This document shows, in pieces, positions 18,503 to 27,396 of a stretch of 64,000 nt of DNA. The number at the start of each line of letters is the position of its first letter. Positions within the stretch are counted from its first letter, which is position 1. A model generated the notes under the pieces. The model searched no databases, was not told where the DNA came from, and saw nothing but the letters and a program-made list of their open reading frames with translations. The stretch is from Candidatus Hadarchaeales archaeon (GTDB taxonomy: Archaea > Hadarchaeota > Hadarchaeia > Hadarchaeales > WYZ-LMO6), in the NCBI GenBank assembly GCA_038851755.1, contig JAWCKR010000003.1, positions 32,001 to 96,000 on the forward strand, given 5' to 3'. The position numbers and the translations under genes were made by a program.

Positions 18503-19315
18503 TTAAACCTTTTGAGAAAGAGACTGTTTCACCGTGAGTCTGGTTATCCCCAGCTCCCTCGAGGCCTCCACCACCACTTTCTTCTGCTCGGAGTTCAGTC
18601 CCTCCTCGTCCGAGAGGATGAGCCCCGCTCCCCCTCGGGTTTTTAGGACGGCCTCCCGGAGCAAAGCCCTGGTGAGGGGGGCATACTTGGGCAAGAGGTG
18701 CCCCACCCAGTACTTGGTCTTGAGGACCGCCTCCGTGTGCCTGGGGGCGTAGTGGGGCCCTCCCACCCCTACCGCCCTGAGGCACTCTGCAGGGGGTGAG
18801 AGAACGGCCCTCGCCACTGCCTCCCCTGCTTCTCCCCTGACCCACTCCTCCTTTTCGCTCCCTATCTCCACGAAGGTCACGGGCACGCTAAGGCCGGTGG
18901 GACCGTGGTGCGTGGCCTCCAGGCACACCCGGTGGGGCAGGTCCATCTCCTCCTTCACGAGCTGGAGGGAGCGGAGGATGGAGCCCACCGTCTCGGGTTT
19001 TGCCACCGCCAGCCTCCCCTCTGCGGGCTCCCCAGGGACATGCACGGAGAGGGTGGGGATGCCAGAGGTGCTGGCGTGTCTGGAGAGGACCAGCACCTCG
19101 CTGGCCGGGAAGGGGAGGGACTCCATCCTCAGGGGATCCCCCTCGAAGGGCAGGAGCACGGAGTCGCCGTACCGGTAGACCTTTCCAAGCTTTTGGAAAG
19201 GATAGAGCTTGAGGAGGTGTCGGCAGATGTTTTCCGCCGCCGGGTCCTTCAGCGAGGCCAGAAGCAGCCTGGTGCCCCTTTCTTGCCCCCTTCTCCCCTC
19301 GGAAGGAGAATTCAT
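18503..19315 (-). CDS. dtdA: D-aminoacyl-tRNA deacylase (archaeal DTD2)
   Basis: S..DPA..NI, SRH, SVH.PG, EATHHGP, FVEIGS, GGPHYAP motifs; upstream of ftsZ. Confidence 0.92.
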   Translation of the reverse strand: MNSPSEGRRGQERGTRLLLASLKDPAAENICRHLLKLYPFQKLGKVYRYGDSVLLPFEGDPLRMESLPFPASEVLVLSRHASTSGIPTLSVHVPGEPAEGRLAVAKPETVGSILRSLQLVKEEMDLPHRVCLEATHHGPTGLSVPVTFVEIGSEKEEWVRGEAGEAVARAVLSPPAECLRAVGVGGPHYAPRHTEAVLKTKYWVGHLLPKYAPLTRALLREAVLKTRGGAGLILSDEEGLNSEQKKVVVEASRELGITRLTVKQSLSQKV

Positions 19316-21204
19316 TTTCCCTTCTTCAGGAGACTCTTGAACTCATCCACCACGGCAGGGTCCTCTATGGTGGAATAGTCACCCAGTGGCTGGTCGGACA
19401 GGAGGGCCCTGATGAGCCTCCTCATAATTTTCCCGCTCCTGGTCTTGGGCAGCCTGTTCACGAAGAAGAAACCCCCGAACACTATGAGGGGGCCCATCAG
19501 GTTCCTCACCTTCTCCCTTATCTCCTCCTTGAGCCTCTCGGAGGGTGAGAAGCCTCCCTTCAGCACCACGAAGGCGCAGGCCACCTCCTTCCTCACGGGA
19601 TCAGGCATCCCCACCACAGCAGCCTCCGCCACCGCGGGGTGGGAGAGGAGGGCGCTCTCCACCTCGATGGCCCCTATCCTGTGCCCCGAGATCTTTATCA
19701 CCTCGTCCGTTCTGGCGATGAACCAGAGGTATCCGTCCTCGTCCTTCTTGGCGGCGTCACCCGTGTAGTAGTAGGGAGGAATCCTGTTCCAGTACTCTTC
19801 CACGTACCTGCCTTCAGCCCTCCACAGGGTCTGGATGAGGCCGGGGAAGGGCTTCTTGACGACGAAGATTCCCTCCACCCCGGGAGGAACGGGATTACCC
19901 TTCTCGTCCACCACCTCCCCCTCCACGCCAGGCAGGGGAATGGTGGCCGACCCTGGCTTGATGGGGAGGAGGGAGATACCGTACGGGTTCCCCACGATGG
20001 GTCCTCCCGTCTCGGTCTGCCACATGTGGTCCACCACGGGTGCCCTGTCCTTCAGCACCGTTTTCTGCAACCACTCCCAGGCAGGGGGATTGAGGGGTTC
20101 CCCGGCGGAGGCCACGAACTTGATGGAGCTGAGGTCGTGTTTGGAGGGGAGCTCATCCCCGTACTTCATGAGGGTGCGGATGAGGGTGGGCGAGACCCAC
20201 ATCTTAGTGACCTTGTGTTTCTCCACCAGCTTCCAGAGGATGTCGGGGGAGGGATAGTCTGGGGTACCCTCGTACATCAGGGTGGTGGCTCCCGCCAGCA
20301 GGGGCCCGAAGAGCACGTAGCTGGATCCCACGATCCAGCCTATGTCGGAGAGGCAGAACCACACGTCCTTCTCCTCCAGCCCGTAGACCCACTTCCCCAT
20401 GGCGTACACGTAGACCTGGTATCCTCCGTGCGTGTGCAGGGCCCCCTTGGGCTTGGCGGTGGTTCCTGAGGTGTAGAGGATGAAGGCGGGTTCGTTTGCC
20501 TCCATGGGGACCAGTTCCGCATCCTCCTTCTTTCCCAGCTTCAGGGCCTCGTCCCAGTAGAGGTCCCTTCCCTCCTTCATCTCCGCACCCTTTCCCCTCC
20601 TCAGGACCACCACCTTCTCCACCCGGTTGGGGGACTCCAGTGCCCTGTCCACGATTTCCTTCAGGTGGATGGGGGTTCCCCTGCGGTAGGCGAGGTCGGA
20701 GGTGAGCACCACCTTCGCGTCGGCGTCGGCTATCCTCTCGGCCAACGCGTGGTACCCGAAGCCGGCGAAGACGGGGGAGTAGATAGCCCCTATCCTGAGG
20801 CAGGAGAGGATTCCTATCGCCGCTTCGGGGACCATGGGCATGTAGAGGGTTACCCTGTCACCCTTCTTCACCCCCATAGCCCTCAGGACGGAGGAGAACC
20901 TCTTCACCTCCTCCAGGAGCTCTCTGTAGGTCAGAAGCTTGCTTTCTCCCGTCTCAGCTGACTCCCAGATCAGGGCGGGCTTGTTGCCCCTTCCCTTTTC
21001 CACCTGGCGGTCCAAGCAGTTGTAGGAGATGTTGGTGGTCCCCCCCACGAACCATTTGAAGAAGGGGTACTTCCCCTTCTCGAAGACCTTTTGGTATTTC
21101 TCGAACCAGTGGAGCTCCTCCGCCACCTTGCCCCACAGCTTCTCAGGGTTCTTTCTCCCCAGCTCCATCATTTTCTGGAGTTCTGGCGGTAGAGTGAGGG
21201 CCAT
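19312..21204 (-). CDS. acs: Acetate--CoA ligase (AMP-forming)
   Basis: YTSGTTAKPKG, DIGWI, WQTETGG, PKTRSGKIMRR. Confidence 0.92.
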   Translation of the reverse strand: MALTLPPELQKMMELGRKNPEKLWGKVAEELHWFEKYQKVFEKGKYPFFKWFVGGTTNISYNCLDRQVEKGRGNKPALIWESAETGESKLLTYRELLEEVKRFSSVLRAMGVKKGDRVTLYMPMVPEAAIGILSCLRIGAIYSPVFAGFGYHALAERIADADAKVVLTSDLAYRRGTPIHLKEIVDRALESPNRVEKVVVLRRGKGAEMKEGRDLYWDEALKLGKKEDAELVPMEANEPAFILYTSGTTAKPKGALHTHGGYQVYVYAMGKWVYGLEEKDVWFCLSDIGWIVGSSYVLFGPLLAGATTLMYEGTPDYPSPDILWKLVEKHKVTKMWVSPTLIRTLMKYGDELPSKHDLSSIKFVASAGEPLNPPAWEWLQKTVLKDRAPVVDHMWQTETGGPIVGNPYGISLLPIKPGSATIPLPGVEGEVVDEKGNPVPPGVEGIFVVKKPFPGLIQTLWRAEGRYVEEYWNRIPPYYYTGDAAKKDEDGYLWFIARTDEVIKISGHRIGAIEVESALLSHPAVAEAAVVGMPDPVRKEVACAFVVLKGGFSPSERLKEEIREKVRNLMGPLIVFGGFFFVNRLPKTRSGKIMRRLIRALLSDQPLGDYSTIEDPAVVDEFKSLLKKGK

Positions 21205-21242
21205 CCTCCCCCTTTTCTCCCCTCCCTTAAAAAGGTGCTTGC

Positions 21243-22307
21243 CTAACTCTTTCCAGCCTTCACTATCTTGTAGCCGGAAGCTTTCCTCAGCCTGTTCATC
21301 ACGGCCACTCCCAGTCCCCGGAGGGGCACACCCTCGGCCAGGATCACCTCCACCCCCTGAGCCTCCAGCTCTCGAAGGGCCCCGAAGAGCCTTCTGGCAG
21401 CTTCCCTCGGCTCCCCCCTTCTTCCCAGCGAGGCCGAGGCCTCGGCCCTGCAGCGGGAAAGGGTTTCCTCCGTGGCCAGGATTCCCACTTTCTTGCCCTT
21501 TCTCTTAAGCTCCCCTGCCAGCTCCGACAGCTTCTCCTCCACCGCTTCCGGCTCCCCCTCCACCACCCACATCTCCGCGCTGGGGGCGTAGTGCCTGTGC
21601 TTCATGCCCGGCGATTTGGCCCTTTCCACCTCCACCTCCCTCTCGGCCAAGGCGGAAGGATGGAAGAACACCTCCCCCAGCACCTCCTCCAGGGCCTCTC
21701 TGGGAGTTCCCCCTGGGCGGAGGATCTGGGGTGGCGTGACCGTGAGGTCGAGCACCGTGGATTCCACCCCCACCGCCGTGGGGCCCGCGTCGAGGATCAG
21801 GTCTATCCTCCCCTCCAGGTCCTGCAGCACGTGTTCAGCCCTCGTGGGGCTGGGTCTTCCCGCCAGGTTGGCACTGGGGGCGGCCACGGGGGTACCGCTC
21901 CTGCGGATGAGGGCCAGGGCCACTGCGTGGTTGGGCATGCGTAGGGCTATCGTTTCCAGCCCGCAGGTGGTGACGGAGGGAACGGAGGGCGAGCGCTTCA
22001 GGACCAGCGTGAGGGGTCCGGGCCAGAACCTCTCCACCAGCCTTTCCGCCTGCGGGGGCACCTCCACCGCCAGGCGGTGGAGTTCCTCAGGATTCCCCAC
22101 GTGCACGATGGGGGGGTTGTCCAGCGGCCTCTTCTTGGCCTCAAAGAGGGAGAGCACGGCCTTGGGGTTGAGGGCGTCGGCCCCGAGCCCGTACACGGTC
22201 TCTGTGGGGAAGGCCACGAGACCACCCTCTCTCAGCTTCTTGGCCGCCACCTCGATCTTCTCGGGGTCGGGGTTCCGTGGATCCACCTTCAGGACCAGCG
22301 TCTTCAT
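21243..22307 (-). CDS. sua5: L-threonylcarbamoyladenylate synthase Sua5 (YrdC + SUA5 domains)
   Basis: FPTETVYGLG, K.RP.DNP.IVH, PSAN, PGM..RHYAP, NRL.KA. Confidence 0.95.
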   Translation of the reverse strand: MKTLVLKVDPRNPDPEKIEVAAKKLREGGLVAFPTETVYGLGADALNPKAVLSLFEAKKRPLDNPPIVHVGNPEELHRLAVEVPPQAERLVERFWPGPLTLVLKRSPSVPSVTTCGLETIALRMPNHAVALALIRRSGTPVAAPSANLAGRPSPTRAEHVLQDLEGRIDLILDAGPTAVGVESTVLDLTVTPPQILRPGGTPREALEEVLGEVFFHPSALAEREVEVERAKSPGMKHRHYAPSAEMWVVEGEPEAVEEKLSELAGELKRKGKKVGILATEETLSRCRAEASASLGRRGEPREAARRLFGALRELEAQGVEVILAEGVPLRGLGVAVMNRLRKASGYKIVKAGKS

Positions 22308-22348
22308 CCCCGTTCCTTCTACCGTGGAGTAAAAGAAGTCAGCGAGGG

Positions 22349-22424
22349 TGGTGGGCCCGCTGGGATTCGAACCCAGGATCTTCGCCTCGTCAAGGCGACG
22401 TCATAGCCGCTAGACCACGGGCCC
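22349..22424 (-). tRNA. tRNA-Val(GAC), CCA encoded
   Basis: Reverse complement GGGCCCG...TCGCC-TTGACGA-GGCGA...GGTTCGAATCC...CGGGCCCACCA folds as a cloverleaf. Confidence 0.96.
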
Positions 22425-22449
22425 CCATCTCCTCTCTCTCCCCCCGTTT

Positions 22450-23106
22450 TTAACCCATCTCCCGGCCCTTTCCCCCCCTCCTCAGGGGGAGGGCCATCAC
22501 CACTCCTGCCAGGAACCCACCCACGTGGGCCCAGTAGGCAACACCCGAGGGGGCCCCCGCCACCAGCAGGAAGGAAGCGCTCAGGAACTGGAGCACGAAC
22601 CAGAAGCCCAGGAAGAAGAGGGCGGGTACCATGACCACGCGGATGAAGTAGAAGTACATGACGGCGGTAAGCACCCTAGCCCTGGGATAAAGGACGAGAT
22701 AGGCGCCCAAAACTCCTGAGATGGCTCCAGAGGCCCCTATGGCTGGAATGGTTGAGGAGGGATTGGAAAGGAGGTGTGAGAAGGAAGCCGCAAGCCCGCA
22801 GAGGAAGTAAAAGATCAAGAACTTCTTTCTGCCGAAGGCATCCTCTATGTTGTCCCCGAAGATCCAGAGGTAGAGCATGTTCCCGCCTATGTGGAGGAAG
22901 CCACCGTGGAGGAACATGGAGGTGAAAAGAGTATAAAGTTCCTTGCCTTGGGATACAAAAAAGGGTTTCATTCCGTATTCGTTCACGATTTCTTCGAAGG
23001 ATCCCGAAAAGTAAGACCAAAGGAAGATCCCGAAGTTCAGGATTATGAGGAGGGTGGTAAGGATGGGTCTACGGCGGGTAGGGTTTTCGTCCTTAAGGGG
23101 AAACAT
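22450..23106 (-). CDS. Rhomboid family intramembrane serine protease
   Basis: MFP.KDENP start, TSMFLHGG..H..GNM, GASG catalytic Ser, AH.GG catalytic His. Confidence 0.93.
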   Translation of the reverse strand: MFPLKDENPTRRRPILTTLLIILNFGIFLWSYFSGSFEEIVNEYGMKPFFVSQGKELYTLFTSMFLHGGFLHIGGNMLYLWIFGDNIEDAFGRKKFLIFYFLCGLAASFSHLLSNPSSTIPAIGASGAISGVLGAYLVLYPRARVLTAVMYFYFIRVVMVPALFFLGFWFVLQFLSASFLLVAGAPSGVAYWAHVGGFLAGVVMALPLRRGGKGREMG

Positions 23107-23551
23107 TCTTTCAAGAAACTTGTTCTCCGAGTTTTTCTTTCCATCGGAATCGAGAATTTTTATTGAGCCAGGTTAGTATTCTCAGGCGGGAAGAGCGTCT
23201 TTCCAGCTATTCATGGAGTCCAAGGGTTTCACCCTTATCATCTGGAATTCAAGCTCAGACCCTTTCCTTTCCCTATCTTAAAGCTCCCCGGATGGGACAG
23301 ATGAGGTTTTTTGGACGAGATCGAAGGCCAGTTCTTGCCCACACCCTGCACCTTTGTGGACATTCCCGTTCGTAGTATACCCCCCGACAGGAATTCCATT
23401 ATCCAATCCTTTCCGGTAAAAGCTTAGTCTTCCCCAGAGGGTGAAGGGTTTCATCCCCTCAGGAAGAAATATGGGCCCATCTCGATTTGAATTATAGGCA
23501 AACAAAATTTTTTTCTCGGTTTTCAGAAAACAAAAGTGAGGTTGTGGTCAC

Positions 23552-23755
23552 TTAGTCCCAAGTATTTGGATGCGAGGGGATTGGTTGCCCTTTGGAGGGA
23601 GGGCCTTTTGGCCAAGGGAATTTTGGAGGGCCGCTTACAGCCTGCGCCAAAAACTTAATCCTTTCAGGGTCAGCCGTACAAGGAGAAATCTCCCTAATCT
23701 CAATTTTCCTCACAAGAACATCTGCAAATAAGAGTTCTTCAAAATCCTCGCTCAT
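23552..23755 (-). pseudogene. Truncated putative Fe-S/metal-binding protein (N-terminal fragment)
   Basis: IEIREISPCTADPERIKFLAQ resembles the N-terminus of Fe-S proteins found next to DGC genes, then degenerates; ATGA-coupled to the DGC gene. Confidence 0.5.
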
Positions 23756-24189
23756 TTCTCCATAATCGCCTTTATAATCAATTCTTTAGCCTTCTTTATG
23801 TCTTCTTGAGAAATGTATTTTTCAACGCCTAGGCCCTTGTCAATATCCGTGTGCAAAGCCACTTTTTTCATGCCTATGTCCCTAGCAAGCACAATGCTTT
23901 TGGTTATCTTGAAGCCAGCAGCCTCTATGGTTTTTCTTGCGCACTCAAATGGGCAGCCGTCCACCGTTATTATCTTCTTCGCAGCTTTAGCTTTACCCAA
24001 AACAGGCTTTACACCAAGAGGCACCGACGGCAGACAGCCAATAGCCACCTTTTCTAAGCCAAGCTCTTTAACGACTTCTAAACACGCCAGTGCGCTTGTT
24101 AATCCTGTGTTGGACAAGCCGCCAAAACATGAGAACAAAATGTTTTCATGAGTTGGCATTCCTTCCTGCCATTCGCCTTCCTTTGCCAT
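23752..24189 (-). CDS. DGC domain putative zinc-binding protein
   Basis: FSC.G.SNTG, GCL, ITVDGCP.ECARK motifs. Confidence 0.85.
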   Translation of the reverse strand: MAKEGEWQEGMPTHENILFSCFGGLSNTGLTSALACLEVVKELGLEKVAIGCLPSVPLGVKPVLGKAKAAKKIITVDGCPFECARKTIEAAGFKITKSIVLARDIGMKKVALHTDIDKGLGVEKYISQEDIKKAKELIIKAIMEK

Positions 24190-24894
24190 TTACATCTTCT
24201 CCTCATACCATTTTTTGTTGATTTCGTATACTACACGCCTGCCTCTCTTAAGGCTTCTTTTAGGGTTTCCTCGCATCGTTTGCTGAGGGATAAAGGTGAA
24301 GTACTGGTGTCTGGCCTTGCTTAATCCCCTTCTGACCACGAGCATGGCTGGAACTTTAGTGAATGTTACACCTTCTTTATTCACTTCGGCTTCTACGAAA
24401 TCTCCAAGCCTTATGCCATCAGTTCCCGTATAGTTGCCTAGGCTTTGGGGTCTCAGCCCACTGAAGGCCATGAGGGCTATTGAAACCCTAGCCCTTGGAG
24501 TAGCCATACGGAGGATTCTGTCAAGCTCCTCCTTGCTTGGAACCCTTTCGTTGGCTATGGTTGGCGTTTCATGCTCACCCCTAACATTAACCTTGAGCCT
24601 TACATCTAAGCCGTTATAGCTGAACCAGGAGTGCAGCGTCTTCTTGAACCTTGCAATGTAGGAGCCCACCTTGCCCTCCCTCTCCAGCCTGCGGACAAAA
24701 TCGGTGAAAGCATCCCTGAAAGCCTTAGTCTTCGCAGCCTTAAGCAATGCTTTTGGATCAGTCCCATTAAGCTCGCAGTAAAACCCAAGATTCCTAAGGT
24801 AAACAGTGGCCGTCAAATAAGACTTAGCCGCCAAATTATCAAACCAGCGCCGAACATCCGCATCCTCAAGCAAATAAGCATACTTAGCCCTCAA
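24190..24894 (-). pseudogene. Truncated tyrosine recombinase/integrase
   Basis: DVRRWFDNLA N-terminus and SIALMAFSGLRP first catalytic Arg; ends after KARHQYFTFI without HxxR or the catalytic Tyr. Confidence 0.8.
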
Positions 24895-24954
24895 CCCTTA
24901 TCAAATTATGGGAAAGAACATTCCATTATTTAAGGATTCGCTTAAAAAATTAAG

Positions 24955-25029
24955 TGGACCGGGCGGGATTTGAACCCGCGACCTCCCGCATGCCAAGCGG
25001 GCGATCATACCAGGCTGATCTACCGGCCC
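24955..25029 (-). tRNA. tRNA-Ala(GGC), CCA not encoded
   Basis: Reverse complement GGGCCGG...CCCGC-TTGGCAT-GCGGG...GGTTCAAATCC...CCGGTCCA; G3:U70 identity pair present. Confidence 0.96.
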
Positions 25030-25075
25030 ACCCTACTGCATCAGGAGGAAAGGGATATAGAGGTTTTCGGCCGGT

Positions 25076-25261
25076 CTACCTCAGCCTCAGTCTGTGCACC
25101 GTCTTGGTCTTCCAGCTGTACTTGTACATCCTTCTGGTCCTGCCGAACCCGCAGGCCGCACACACCCCCTTCTGGAGGTGGAACGACCTCCTCCCGCACC
25201 TGCGGCACCTGATGTGCACGGGCTTGTGCTTCTTCCCCATCGAGGGAGTGCCCTTCGTCAT
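25076..25261 (-). CDS. rpl37e: 50S ribosomal protein L37e
   Basis: [20 protein letters not shown]...C..CGFG. Confidence 0.96.
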   Translation of the reverse strand: MTKGTPSMGKKHKPVHIRCRRCGRRSFHLQKGVCAACGFGRTRRMYKYSWKTKTVHRLRLR

Positions 25262-25266
25262 CTTCC

Positions 25267-25512
<246 letters not shown>

Positions 25513-25606
25513 TCACCCCGTTATTAATCCCTTTCTGAGGCTCCCGGGCCCAGGACTGACAGCAGGGGTTAATATAGGGCCGGAGCCAGCGAGGAGCGGT
25601 GGTGGG

Positions 25607-26077
25607 ATGGTCAGGAGGTACAGGCTGAGGAAGTCCGAGATCAGGGAGCTGAAGGAAAGGGCGGCGAGGGAGCTGGGGAAGGAGGTGGAGGGGGAGACGT
25701 TCGAGGTGGTGGAGGAGGAGGGAAGGAGGATCATCCTGGTGGATGGCTCGGTCTCCCTCCTTGAGGAGGGGGGAAAGCTCCTTCCCTTCGTGGGGGCCGC
25801 AGAGGGACTGGGGAGGAGGGTGGTGGTGGACATGGGGGCGGTCCCCTACCTAGCGAGGGGGGCGGACGTGATGTCCCCCGGGGTGGTGAGGGTGGAGGGG
25901 GAAATAAGACCAGGGGAGGTCGTGGCAGTGGTGGACGAGAGGCACGGGAAGGTGCTGGCGGTGGGGGAGGCGCTGGTGCCCGGGGAGGAGATGGTGGGGA
26001 GGAAGGGGAAGGTCGTGAAAAACCTGCACCACGTGGGGGACGCGGTTTGGAAGCTGATGGAAAAAGGATTTAAATAA
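25607..26077 (+). CDS. PUA domain RNA-binding protein (MCT-1/Tma20-like)
   Basis: VDMGAVPYLARGADVMSPG, HHVGD..W; start ATG 25607. Confidence 0.9.
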   Translation: MVRRYRLRKSEIRELKERAARELGKEVEGETFEVVEEEGRRIILVDGSVSLLEEGGKLLPFVGAAEGLGRRVVVDMGAVPYLARGADVMSPGVVRVEGEIRPGEVVAVVDERHGKVLAVGEALVPGEEMVGRKGKVVKNLHHVGDAVWKLMEKGFK

Positions 26078-26095
26078 ACGGCTTCGAGGTTTTTC

Positions 26096-26950
26096 GTGCT
26101 CCAGGTAGACGTGTTCTGGGTGTATGGGATAGGCGCGATGGCCGCCACGGCGGCCGGCAGGCAGCTGGCGGAACTTGGGAAGGCCAAGGCAGGTTTCAGG
26201 GAGGCCACCCCCTTCGGGAGCAAGTACTTCGCCCTGCTGCTCCTCTACCTCTCCCTGATCTTCGTGCCGGAGGCCCTCTGGCTCACCTGGAACTTCCCCC
26301 ACTGGGAGACCATGCACCTGGTGGGAAGCCTGGAGGAGATTCCCGCCTGGGGAATTGTCCTCTCGGCGGTGGGAGACATAGCGGTGGCGGTCTTGGGCTA
26401 CTGGGTCGCCTACAAGCTCCTCAGCCGGGGCAAGCTCTACGCCGCCCACCTGCAGTGGGTGCTGGGCTACTTCCTCTTCTTCTTCGTCCTGACCTGTGGC
26501 TGGGACGGGAGGGGGTGGGAAAGGTTCATGTACGACCCCACGGTGAAGGGAGGGGTTCTCTGGACCCCTGGCACCCACATGGGGCCTCTGGACTTCGCTA
26601 CGAGCAGGGTGGCCCTGACCCTCTACGCCATGGCGCTCCCCACCATCCTCCCACTGGTGGTCTGGGGGTACCGCTGGCTGAAGGAGGGCTTCCTGCTCCA
26701 GGAGCTCCCGCCGGAGAAGGCCTCCACCAGGGCGGCCGCGGGCGTGGGCTTCTACTTCGCAGGGGTGGGGGTGGCCCTCCTCTCCGCGGCGGTCGTCACC
26801 CTCCTCATCCACCTCCTCTCCTCACCCCTGGGTCTTCCCCTGGCGTATGTCCTGGGTTTCCTGATCTTCCTCCCCCCCGTCTACCTGCTGGGACTGAAGA
26901 AGGGGAGACCCCTCCACCTCGCCTTCAAGAAGTACTTCCTGACGGATTAG
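26096..26950 (+). CDS. Hypothetical multi-pass membrane protein
   Basis: Host-like codon usage, about 7 hydrophobic segments, conserved-looking QVDVFW.YG.GA, P.WETM and GWDG.G..RF motifs. Confidence 0.7.
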   Translation: MLQVDVFWVYGIGAMAATAAGRQLAELGKAKAGFREATPFGSKYFALLLLYLSLIFVPEALWLTWNFPHWETMHLVGSLEEIPAWGIVLSAVGDIAVAVLGYWVAYKLLSRGKLYAAHLQWVLGYFLFFFVLTCGWDGRGWERFMYDPTVKGGVLWTPGTHMGPLDFATSRVALTLYAMALPTILPLVVWGYRWLKEGFLLQELPPEKASTRAAAGVGFYFAGVGVALLSAAVVTLLIHLLSSPLGLPLAYVLGFLIFLPPVYLLGLKKGRPLHLAFKKYFLTD

Positions 26951-27024
26951 GAAGCTCAGAGACGAGTCTTCATTGGGAATCTTAAATACTTAAATAAAGG
27001 GAAGTGGATGGAGGTTGGGCGTCC

Positions 27025-27396
27025 ATGAGAGCCTTCAAGAAGATCTTCCAGAAACCCGCGGGGGGGGCGGAAGGGGTGCAGGTGGTGGAGACCGAGGTGG
27101 CCAAGGAGGAGAAGCTGGGGATAGAGCCCATCCACATAAAGAGCATGAATCTGGAGTCCTCCGAGGACCTGAAGAAGGTGGGAGACGAGCTGCGGTCCGG
27201 AAACATCGTGATCCTGAACATCACCTCCTTCATGAGCAGGGACGTGGAGGGTCTGAAGCAGGCCATAGCCCAGCTCAAGGGGATGTGCTACGCCATAGGC
27301 GGCGACATAGGCAGGCTGGGGGACTCCTGGATAGTGGCCACCCCGAAGTACGTGACCATCCAGTTCAGGGAGCAGGGGACCGGTCCGGTCACCTGA
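27025..27396 (+). CDS. sepF: Cell division protein SepF
   Basis: DELRSGNIVILNI, GGDIGRLG..WIVATP. Confidence 0.88.
   Translation: MRAFKKIFQKPAGGAEGVQVVETEVAKEEKLGIEPIHIKSMNLESSEDLKKVGDELRSGNIVILNITSFMSRDVEGLKQAIAQLKGMCYAIGGDIGRLGDSWIVATPKYVTIQFREQGTGPVT

Larger units (their letters stand above)
23107..24954. mobile_element. Decayed AT-rich integrative element remnant at the tRNA-Ala 3' end
   Basis: Clear drop in GC versus flanks; truncated tyrosine integrase about 60 bp from tRNA-Ala 3' end; truncated cargo genes; no second att copy seen; left boundary approximate. Confidence 0.7.

Noticed and set aside
23163-23505. Short ORFs in the AT-rich spacer upstream of the rhomboid gene
   Set aside because: No recognisable motifs or consistent codon bias; cannot be supported as genes.
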